A DNA stretch of 64,000 nt from Planctomycetota bacterium (GTDB lineage: Bacteria; Planctomycetota; SZUA-567; H5-PLA8), in NCBI GenBank assembly GCA_027493525.1, contig JAOSKN010000004.1:14868-78867 (forward strand), given 5' to 3'. A program made the translations under genes and the position numbers. The notes under the pieces are model-generated. The model had not been told where the DNA came from and ran no database searches. It saw nothing but the letters and a program-made list of their open reading frames with translations. Of this stretch, positions 20,203 to 28,191 are shown piece after piece (positions within the stretch are counted from its first letter, which is position 1; the number at the start of each line of letters is the position of its first letter).

Positions 20203-20376
20203 TCACGGCTTGCCGCGCTTCGCCTTCCCGGCCTGCTCCAGCGCGTCGAGCCGCTTCTCGATGGAGAGCAGCTTGTCCAGGATCAGCGCGTGCACGTACA
20301 CGGCGTCCATGCCGACGGGGCTGTCTTTGCTGGCGATCTTCGCGATCAGGTCTTGCAGTTCCTGCTTGGCTTTCAT
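20203..20376 (-). CDS. Small hypothetical protein (57 aa), translationally coupled to rfbB
   Basis: MKAKQELQDLIAKIASKDSPVGMDAVYVHALILDKLLSIEKRLDALEQAGKAKRGKP. Its ATG overlaps the rfbB stop (ATGA). Non-biased composition. Confidence 0.45.
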   Translation of the reverse strand: MKAKQELQDLIAKIASKDSPVGMDAVYVHALILDKLLSIEKRLDALEQAGKAKRGKP

Positions 20377-21422
20377 GTTCCCGACCCTCCCCGGTCGCCG
20401 TACTGCCGCTCGTAGTACTTGAGATACTCGCCGCTCTTGATCGCGCGCCACCAGCCCTCGTGCTCGCGGTACCAGCGCACGGTCTCGGCGAGCCCGTCCT
20501 CGAACTTCACGCGCGGCGACCAGCCCAGTTCCCGCGTGGCTTTGCCATGGTCGATCAAGTACTTGCGGTCGTGGCCGGGGCGGTCCTTCACGTGGGCGAT
20601 GAAGCTCTCGTCGCGCCCGGTAAGCTTCAACAGCAGCTTCGTGATCGCGAGGTTCTCGGCCGGGTTGCTCCCGCCCAGGTTGTAGACCGCGCCGCTGGCG
20701 CCCCGTTCGAGCGCCGCCAGCACGCCGCGGCTGTGATCGTCGCAATGAATCCAGTCGCGAACCTGCTTCCCGTCGCCGTAGACCGGGACGAGCTTGCCTT
20801 CGAAAAGGTTCGTCGTGAAAAGCGGGATCAGCTTCTCGGGGAACTGGTGCGGACCGTAGTTGTTGCTGCAGCGCGTAATGACCGTATCGAGCCCGAACGT
20901 GTGATGGTAAGCCGCCACGAGCATATCGGCGCCGGCCTTGCTCGCCGCGTATGGGCTGTTGGGCTTCAGTGGCGTCGACTCGGTGAACGGCTTCCCGTCG
21001 TCGGCGCTCCCGTACACCTCGTCGGTGCTCACCTGCAGAAAGCGCGGCGCGCGCCCGGCGTTCCTTTCGCCGTAGGCGCGCACGGCGTCCAGGATCACCT
21101 GCGTGCCGGCCACGTTGGTCAGGACAAAGGGCGTCGCGTCGAGGATGCTGCGGTCCACGTGCGACTCGGCGGCGAAATTCACGAGCGCCTCGAACGGCGC
21201 GCCGAGCGCGGCATCGGACAGCAGCGCCGGCCAGAGCGCCTTGTCCCCAATGTCCCCCTTCACGAAGCGATACCCGGCGTGGTCCCGCGCCGCGTCGAGG
21301 TTCGCCAGGTTGCCGCAATAGGTGAGCGCGTCGAGGACCGTGACCGCGTGCCCCGCGCCGAGCGCCAGGCGCGCGAAACTCGAACCGATGAACCCGGCGC
21401 CGCCGGTGACGAGCAGTCGCAA
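20373..21422 (-). CDS. rfbB: dTDP-glucose 4,6-dehydratase
   Basis: LLVTGGAGFIGS, STDEVYG and YAASKAGADML (YxxxK). Start set at the TTG at 21422, because the upstream part of the ORF is Arg/Ala noise. Confidence 0.9.
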   Translation of the reverse strand: MRLLVTGGAGFIGSSFARLALGAGHAVTVLDALTYCGNLANLDAARDHAGYRFVKGDIGDKALWPALLSDAALGAPFEALVNFAAESHVDRSILDATPFVLTNVAGTQVILDAVRAYGERNAGRAPRFLQVSTDEVYGSADDGKPFTESTPLKPNSPYAASKAGADMLVAAYHHTFGLDTVITRCSNNYGPHQFPEKLIPLFTTNLFEGKLVPVYGDGKQVRDWIHCDDHSRGVLAALERGASGAVYNLGGSNPAENLAITKLLLKLTGRDESFIAHVKDRPGHDRKYLIDHGKATRELGWSPRVKFEDGLAETVRWYREHEGWWRAIKSGEYLKYYERQYGDRGGSGT

Positions 21423-21439
21423 GGGGCGGGCTCCCGGGT

Positions 21440-21991
21440 TTACGCCTTGAACAGCGGCTCCAGCGCCAGCTCGAACCCCGGCAAGAGCGGCGAGACCAGC
21501 GCGTCCTTCTCGTAAAAGTAAGTTTGCGGCTTCGTCGGCTCTTCCCGCGGGCGGTACAGCTCCACGCGCCGCGCCTCGAGGTCCACGTACCACAATTCGA
21601 CGACGCCATGGCGCGTGTAGAGTTCGCGCTTGACCGTAAGATCCTTCTCGCGTGTGCTGGGCGAGAGGACCTCGACGCACAGGTCCGGCGCGCCGAAGAT
21701 GCCTTTTTCCCGAATGATGCCTTCGCGAGCCTTCGAGATGAAGACGATGTCGGGCTGCACGACTTCCTGTTCGGTCAGGATCACATCCAGCGGCGCGAAA
21801 AGGACGGTTCCCAATCGCTTAGACTCGACATGGCCCGTCAACCGATGAGCAATGCCGGCAACGACCTTCTGATGCCGCGGCGTCGGCGCAGGCGCCATCA
21901 TCACGAGTTCCCCCGCGAGCAGTTCGTAGCGCGCCCCGTCGTCGGGGAGCGCGCAGTAATCGGCATAGGTGAGCCTGGTTGCCGTGCTCAT
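21440..21991 (-). CDS. Uma2-family (DUF820) putative endonuclease
   Basis: YELLAGELVMMAPAPTPRHQ...QPDIVFI...PDLCVEVLSPST...K...Y...GV.E.W.VD pattern. Confidence 0.85.
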   Translation of the reverse strand: MSTATRLTYADYCALPDDGARYELLAGELVMMAPAPTPRHQKVVAGIAHRLTGHVESKRLGTVLFAPLDVILTEQEVVQPDIVFISKAREGIIREKGIFGAPDLCVEVLSPSTREKDLTVKRELYTRHGVVELWYVDLEARRVELYRPREEPTKPQTYFYEKDALVSPLLPGFELALEPLFKA

Positions 21992-22011
21992 GGCTTGAAC
22001 CTCCGGGAGGA

Positions 22012-23220
22012 TTATACCCCCGGAACCTCCACGCCCTCAACAAACACCCGCCGCACCGCCAGCTCCCGGTCCAGCATCAGCACGTCCGCGCGCTTGCCGG
22101 CCTCCAGGCTGCCGACCTCGCCCGCGATCCCGGTCCGTTCGGCCGGCGTCAGGCTGCCCATGCGCGCGGCGTCGGGGAGGCTCACGCCGGCGAGGCGGTG
22201 CATTCGCGCGACCATCGCGTCCATGCCCACGACGCCGCTGGCCAGCCCGTGCCCGGGCTGGAAGCCGACCTTCCCGTCGGACTCGAACCACTCCCCGTCG
22301 CTCGCCGGCCCGAAGCGGTAGCGCCCCGGCGGCATGTCCACCGCGCGGTTGGCGTCCGTGACCAGCAGCAGCCGCTGCGGGCCCTTCATGAAGTGCGCGT
22401 ACTCGAGCAGCTCCGGCGCGAGGTGGATCCCGTCGGCGATCACCTCCGTGCTCATCTCCTCGTGCCGGAGCACGAACTGCTCCATGCTCCCCTGCATCGG
22501 CGTCCCGAAGCGCTCGCGCAGGGAAGGGACGGAACTCATCGCGCACCAGAAGTGATCGACATGCCGCATGCCGGCATCGAAGGCGCGCTTCATCTCGGTC
22601 CAGCTCGCGTCGCTGTGTCCGCAGGTGACGAGGCAGCCGCGCTTGCGCGCTTCGCGGCAGAAGTCCTCGACGCCGGGCAATTCGGCCGCGCAGGTGGCGA
22701 CCTTCACCAGGCCGGTCTCGAACGCCGCGCGGTACTCGGCGGAATCCGGATCCCGCCGCCCGGCCGGGTTGTGGCAGCCGACCTTCGGCGCGGCGAAGTA
22801 CGGCCCGTAGAAGTGCACGCCCGCGATCCGCGCGCCCTGCGCGGGCGCCCAGCCGTCGCGAACCTCGCGGCAGGCCTCCAGCATCGCGCGAATCTGCTCG
22901 CGGCTCCCGGTCGTCGTCGTGGGGAAGATCGTCGTCGTGCCGTGACGCGTGTGGCAGCCGACCGCGGCCCGCACGGCCTCGGCCGTCCCGTCCATGAAGT
23001 CCGCGCCCGCGCCGCCGTGGACGTGAATGTCGAGATACCCCGGCCCGAGATACCCGCCGCCCGCGTCGATCCGTTCGGCGCCGGCGGGGCAGGGGAGGGC
23101 CGCGCGCGCGTCAACGGCCTTGATCCGCCCGCCTTCGGCGAGCAGCGCCGCGTCCTCGATCAGCCTGTCGGGCAGGATGGCGGTGGCGTTGGAGAAGTAC
23201 AGGGGCGGTGGGAAGGGCAT
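22012..23220 (-). CDS. nagA: N-acetylglucosamine-6-phosphate deacetylase (amidohydrolase)
   Basis: GYLDIHVHGGAGADFMDG, HLAPE and LVTDA motifs. Confidence 0.85.
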   Translation of the reverse strand: MPFPPPLYFSNATAILPDRLIEDAALLAEGGRIKAVDARAALPCPAGAERIDAGGGYLGPGYLDIHVHGGAGADFMDGTAEAVRAAVGCHTRHGTTTIFPTTTTGSREQIRAMLEACREVRDGWAPAQGARIAGVHFYGPYFAAPKVGCHNPAGRRDPDSAEYRAAFETGLVKVATCAAELPGVEDFCREARKRGCLVTCGHSDASWTEMKRAFDAGMRHVDHFWCAMSSVPSLRERFGTPMQGSMEQFVLRHEEMSTEVIADGIHLAPELLEYAHFMKGPQRLLLVTDANRAVDMPPGRYRFGPASDGEWFESDGKVGFQPGHGLASGVVGMDAMVARMHRLAGVSLPDAARMGSLTPAERTGIAGEVGSLEAGKRADVLMLDRELAVRRVFVEGVEVPGV

Positions 23221-23235
23221 GGGCGGGCTCGCGCT

Positions 23236-23967
23236 TCAGGGTTGCGTTTCACTCATGATCTCGTTCGCCCGCAGCAGGCTCGGAAACGTCCCCGCGTCGG
23301 TCCACTCGCCCGGCAGGCGGTCCCAGAGCATCTCGCCGCGGCGGATATAGTCGTTGTTGACGTCCGTGATCTCCAGTTCGCCCCGCGCCGATGGCTTCAG
23401 CGTGCGGACCACGTCGAAGACGCGGCAATCGTAGAAGTACATCCCCGTCACAGCGAGGTTCGTCTTGGGCTGCCTGGGCTTCTCCTCGACGGCGACGACC
23501 TTTTCGCCGTCGGGCGAAAGCTCCGCCACGCCGTAGCGCCCGGGGTCGGGGACTTCCTTCAATAGGATCAGCGCGCCGGAGTTCTGCCGCGCGAAGCGCC
23601 CGGCATATGGCGTCAGCGGCGCGGTGAAGATGTTGTCGCCGAGGATCACGCAGCAATGGTCGCGGCCCACGAAGTCCGCGCACAAGCCCAGCGCCTGCGC
23701 GATGCCCCCGGCCTCGTCCTGGACCCGGTACGTGAAGCGCGCGCCGTACTCGCGGCCCGAACCGAGCAGGCTCACGATCGCGCCCATGTGTTCCGGCCCG
23801 GTAATCACCATCAGGTCGGTGATCCCGGCCTCCACCAGCTTCCCCACCGGATGCAGGATCATCGGCCTGTTGCCGACGGGAAGAAGGTGCTTGTTGGTCA
23901 CCTTCGTCAGCGGCATCAGCCGGGAACCCGTCCCGCCGGCCAGGATCACGCCTCGAATGCCGTGCAT
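23236..23967 (-). CDS. Sugar-phosphate nucleotidyltransferase (short glucose-1-phosphate thymidylyltransferase-like)
   Basis: VILAGGTGSRLMPLTKVTNKHLLPV signature and ILGDNIF. ATG at 23967; an alternative start is at 23997. Confidence 0.85.
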   Translation of the reverse strand: MHGIRGVILAGGTGSRLMPLTKVTNKHLLPVGNRPMILHPVGKLVEAGITDLMVITGPEHMGAIVSLLGSGREYGARFTYRVQDEAGGIAQALGLCADFVGRDHCCVILGDNIFTAPLTPYAGRFARQNSGALILLKEVPDPGRYGVAELSPDGEKVVAVEEKPRQPKTNLAVTGMYFYDCRVFDVVRTLKPSARGELEITDVNNDYIRRGEMLWDRLPGEWTDAGTFPSLLRANEIMSETQP

Positions 23968-24088
23968 GCATGCCCCCTTAGGCGTATCTTGCGCCACGCC
24001 GACTCAAGCTCAAGTAGCGTTCGAGCGCAGGCTTCTGACGAGAATTGGAGCCGGTCCGAAGCGCGGGCGAATCGCCCGCGAGGGCTGA

Positions 24089-24124
24089 TTGACATATTGA
24101 TGTATTTGATGTATGTCTAGACAT
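24089..24124 (+). promoter_or_regulatory. Candidate vapBC promoter and operator
   Basis: TTGACA (24089-24094), 17-nt spacer, TATGTC (24112-24117). A perfect 12-bp palindrome ATGTCTAGACAT (24113-24124) overlaps the -10 and the start. Direct repeat TGATGTAT x2. Confidence 0.45.
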
Positions 24125-24376
24125 ATGAGAACGACCATCCGGCTCGATGAAAACCTCCTGCTCGAAGCCAAACGATATGCCGCCCGGCGGCGCAAGACCC
24201 TCACGGCCGTAATCGAGGAATCCTTACGCGAGACCCTGGCCCGCCAGCACTCCGGAATCAAAGCGCAACCTGTTAAGCTGCCTATATTTAAGGGTCGAGG
24301 CCTGCAACCGGGCATCGACCTGGACGACTCGGCGGCGCTCCTCGAAGCCATGGATGATCCGCGTGCATCTTCTTGA
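24113..24376 (+). CDS. vapB: VapB-type antitoxin (ribbon-helix-helix)
   Basis: MRTTIRLDENLLLEAKRYAARRRKTLTAVIEESLRE. Overlaps the downstream PIN gene by 23 nt. Start may be 24125. Confidence 0.8.
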   Translation: MSRHMRTTIRLDENLLLEAKRYAARRRKTLTAVIEESLRETLARQHSGIKAQPVKLPIFKGRGLQPGIDLDDSAALLEAMDDPRASS

Positions 24377-24797
24377 TGTCAACGTGCTCGTGTACGCCTA
24401 TCGAGCCGATGCGCCGCGACATGACGTTTACCGCGTCTGGCTGGAGCGCCTGGTCAATGGCGACGAATCCTTCGCGGTTGCGGATCTGGTCTTCTCGGGC
24501 TTCCTGCGAGTCGTAACCCATCCCAAAGTCTTCAATCCGCCCAGTCCCTTGGACAAGGCGCTGGCCTTTGTAAACATCCTTCGTGCGCGCCCGAACTTCG
24601 TCGCGCTCGCACCCGGCGCGCGGCACTGGGAACTCTTCGTCCGCCTCTGTGAGACCGGGCAGGCCAAGGGCAATCTCGTCCCGGATGCCTACCTCGCGGC
24701 ACTGGCCATCGAGTCGGGCTGTACCTGGGTTACGTCCGATGGCGACTTCGACCGCTTCCCCGGCCTTCGAGTCCTCCATCCCCTTCATGATTCGTAA
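24354..24797 (+). CDS. vapC: VapC-type PIN-domain toxin
   Basis: LLDVNVLV (first acidic residue), LVPDAYLAALA and TSDGDFDRF. About 147 aa. Confidence 0.85.
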   Translation: MIRVHLLDVNVLVYAYRADAPRHDVYRVWLERLVNGDESFAVADLVFSGFLRVVTHPKVFNPPSPLDKALAFVNILRARPNFVALAPGARHWELFVRLCETGQAKGNLVPDAYLAALAIESGCTWVTSDGDFDRFPGLRVLHPLHDS

Positions 24798-24840
24798 GCC
24801 TGAACAAGAAGGGGAGGGGACTCAAAACCCCCACCCATAA

Positions 24841-25020
24841 CAGCCCCTTGACACCCTAACACGTCCAATTTGACCCTAAGCCCTGGATGTTAGGGTATAA
24901 CACTTGGCCTTTATTGATGTTGTTATCCATAACGCGCTATAAATACTCTCTTAAATACTAACGCCTTACGCCCGACCCGGCCTGGAGGCCGGGGTCGGCG
25001 AGGCCTACGATTTTTAGGTG
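24841..25020. other. Locally AT-rich spacer with short iteron-like repeats and a GC hairpin, directly upstream of the primase-helicase
   Basis: ACCCTAA x2 plus inverted TTAGGGT, TAACAC x2, AAATACT x2, then hairpin cgcccgacccggcc-tgga-ggccggggtcggcg. GC is clearly below the window average. Confidence 0.5.
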
Positions 25021-25022
25021 AG

Positions 25023-27954
25023 GTGCCCGCACATGGCAAGCTCGTTTCAGGGGGGCTCCTGGACGAGATCTATCAACGGCTCGACCCGCGCCGCCTGTTC
25101 CAGAAATTGGAACTGACCGAACGCGGCGCGCGCTTCACCGGACGCTGCCCAAGCTGCGGGCAGAAGAGCCTCTACGTCCTGCGCTACGATCCGCGCTATC
25201 CGGGACTGAAGGCGCGCTGCAACCGGCTCAACCATTGCGGCTTCGCGCTCTCCGCCTGGGATTACCTTCGGCAGGTCGAGGGCGTCGCCGAGGCCGACGT
25301 CCTGCGCACCCTCGCCGAGCGCGCCGGCGTCGACCTGTCGAAGCGCAAAGGGGCCGATCCCGAGCGGGCCGCGGAGGCCTGGCGCCGGCGCGAGCGCCGC
25401 GCGGCGCTCTGCGAGCGCTTCTGGACTTGGGCGACCGAACGGCTTTGGGCGGAAGCGCGCCATCCGGAGAGCGAAGCGGCCCGCACCGTCGCTTTCCTGG
25501 AGGCGCGCGGGTACGGCGAGCCCCTCGCCCGCGCGATGGGGCTCGCCTACCTTCCGCCCGCCGAGCAGGCGCGGGCCTTTCTGAGCGGGGGAGCCGGGGT
25601 CCGGGGTCCGGACTCCGGAGGACGCGGCGCCGCCAAGCCCGCACGGGGACCTTCAGGGCCTGCCGTTCCTGGATCCAGCTTTCGAGCGCCGCGACGCCGC
25701 GGGCGCGCGGATCTACACCCTGGCCATTCCCTATCCCGAACTGCGCAGCCTCGTCGCCCGCGCGACCGTCGCCGACTTGCCCGACGACGCGCCCAAGTAC
25801 CGGTATCCGAAGGGCCTCAAACTCGACGCGCCCGCCTATCTCCGCGCCGTGGACCGCCGCAAGGCCGTCGTCGTGGTCGAAGGTTTCCTGGACGCCGCCC
25901 TGGCCCACGCGCTGGCGGGAGGAGAAGCGGCAGGCTCCGCACCGCCCGGAACCCAGCCCCCGGAACCCAGCCCCCGGCTTCTCGGCCAGCTCGTCGCGAC
26001 CGGGACCAACCGCCTCAACCGCGCGCAGCTCGAAGCCCTCCAACGCGCGGGCGTCCGCGAACTGGTCCTCTGCTTCGACGCCGACGACCCGGACCCCGCG
26101 CGCGGCGCCGGCGCCCGGGGCACGCTCGAGACCCTCGACCGCCTCGCCGAGGCCGGGACGTTCTTCCCGCGCGTCCTGCGCCTGCCCGCCGAACTGGGCT
26201 GCAAGGACCCCGACGAGCTGCTCACCCGGCACGGCGCGGAGGTCTTCGAAGGCCTCTTCGAGACGCACACGCGGAGCGAAGCCGAGTTCCGCGCGGAGGT
26301 GCTGCTGGGACTCGGAACGGCTCACCACAGAGGCACAGAGGACGCAGAGGGCCACAGAGGGGAGTCTGGGAACGGCACGGCCGCCGCCGTTTCCCCCCTC
26401 CCTTCACGGGAGGGTGCAGGGGGAGGGCCTGAACAGGAAAATTCCTTGTCCCCCGGTGTCCGGCCCCCGGCGTCCGGCCCCCGCATCGAAGCGGTTCTCG
26501 CCGCGCTGGCCGAGGCGCTGGAACGCGAAGCCGCGCGCCCCGCGCGGGCGCTCTTCGTCGCCGAGCTGACGCGCCTAGTCGCGGCGGGGCTGGGGCTCGA
26601 CGAGGCCGCGCTCGCCGCGCGGCTCGAACCGTTCCGCGCCCTGGCCGCGCAGCGCCGCCGCGCGGAGCTGCTCCAGCGGGCCGCGCTGGAGGTCCAGACC
26701 GGGCTGGGCGGCTCGACGCGCGAGGCCGCGCCCGGCGAAGAAGCGCTGGCGCGCGCGGAAAGCGCGCTCCGCGAGGGGCTCGAACGCGCCGCCGCGCTGC
26801 GCGCCGATGCCGGGCTCAAGGACGTCCTCGCCCCGGTCAGCCTCGGCGGGTATCGTGCGGCGGTGCTGGAGCGCCCCGATTTTCTCGAGACGCCCTATCG
26901 CAAGCTCGACGAGGCCGCTGCGATCCACCCCGGCCGTATTACCCTCGTCGCCGCGCGCCCCAGCCACGGCAAGACGACCTTTCTTCTTAATCTGCTCGTC
27001 CACTGGCTGAAGGTTTACCCCGAACGCCGCTTCGTGTACTTCAGCTACGACGGCCCGCGCGAGCAGCTCCTCAGCCAGCTCGTCAGCCGCGTCACGCGCC
27101 GTTACGCCCTGCGCGAGGTCGAGGACGCGCTTCGCGGCGACGTCGATCCCGGGTCGCACCCGGAAGCCGAAGAACTCGCCGAACGCACCCGCGCGGCGCT
27201 GGCCTGGCTGGAGGCGCAGGGGCTCGAGCGCCGCCTCTTTATCGTGGACCGCGCGCTGAGCGCCGGCGAACTCGGCCGCGCCGCGAAGGCCATCGCCGCG
27301 GGCGGGCCGCTGGGCGCGATCATGGTCGATTACATCCAGCAGGTCCGCCCCGACCGCGGCGCCGGCAAGGCGCTCGACTCGCGCCAGCGCGAAGTCGGCT
27401 ACGTCTCGCGCACGCTCCAGGCGCTCGCCCAGGAACTCGGCGTCCCCGTCGTCGCCGCGGCGCAGCTCAACCGCGTCAGCGAATCCACCGGCAAGACCGA
27501 CCGCCCGCGCCTCTGGCAACTCCGCGAGGCCGGCGACCTGGAGCAGGACGCGACCACCGTCTACGGGCTCTACAATCATCACCAGGCCGCCGCCGAGGCC
27601 CAGCCCTTCGACGACGGCGCCCCAGCGACCATGGGCCTCAGCGCCTGGAGCGGCGGGCCGGTGCTGGGCCTGAAAACGAACGGGAACGGCAACGGGCACG
27701 CCAGGAAGAACCCGCGCCGCAAGCGCACCGAGACCGAAGCCCTCATGGACGCGCTCAACCCCCAGGTCGATACGGCCGTCCTCGCCGCCGCCGGCCGCTG
27801 GACCGCTCCCGGCGCGCTCCGTTCGGTGGCCCTCGACGTGGAGGTCCTCAAGGCCCGCCACGGTCGCACCCACGCCCGCGTCGCCCTGACCTACGACCTC
27901 ATCGCCAATCACATCACCGACGGGCGCAGCGACGGGGAAGGGGAACTCCAGTAA
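25023..27954 (+). pseudogene. Primase-helicase fusion (Zn-finger + Toprim primase, DnaB-family helicase domain), frameshifted by a 7-bp tandem duplication
   Basis: N-terminal CPSCGQKS...CNRLNHC zinc finger. Toprim-like VVVVEGFLDA...LVLCFDADD. Helicase motifs AARPSHGKTTFLLN (Walker A), IMVDYIQQV (Walker B) and AAAQLNRVSE. The frame switches at CCGGGGTCCGGGGT (25594-25607). Confidence 0.8.
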
Positions 27955-28111
27955 GGCTGTGATCTGTAATCTGTATTCTGTGATCTGTAACAGCAAGACG
28001 GGATCCGATAAGGCTGTGATCTGTAATCTGTATTCTGTAATCTGTAACAGCAAGACGGGATCCGACAGATCGCCGATCACCGACCACAGATCACAGACTA
28101 CAGATTACAGG
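27955..28111. repeat. Two copies of a 58-bp unit built from CTGTGAT/CTGTAAT heptamers, followed by an inverse ACAGAT-type array
   Basis: aaggctgtgatctgtaatctgtattctgt[g/a]atctgtaacagcaagacgggatccga occurs twice, then ...ccacagatcacagactacagattacagg. Starts right after the stop at 27952-27954. Confidence 0.95.
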
Positions 28112-28191
28112 CCGTTGAAAGGTGGTCGAATAATCGGAGAAAAAGGCAACTCCGGATAGTGTATCAACCGCAAACGAGGGAGGTTTGCCCA

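Noticed and set aside
24962-25018. Intrinsic terminator (GC hairpin followed by a T-run) after vapC
   Set aside because: The T5 run lies about 12 nt beyond the hairpin and is separated from it by another GC segment, so the geometry is poor for a canonical terminator. It is left as part of the iteron-like spacer description.
25585-25650. Programmed ribosomal frameshift in the primase-helicase (as in dnaX or some phage genes)
   Set aside because: There is no slippery heptamer of the X XXY YYZ type or downstream pseudoknot that I could see. The break coincides exactly with a 7-bp tandem duplication, whose removal restores the frame, so a mutation or slippage event is the simpler explanation.
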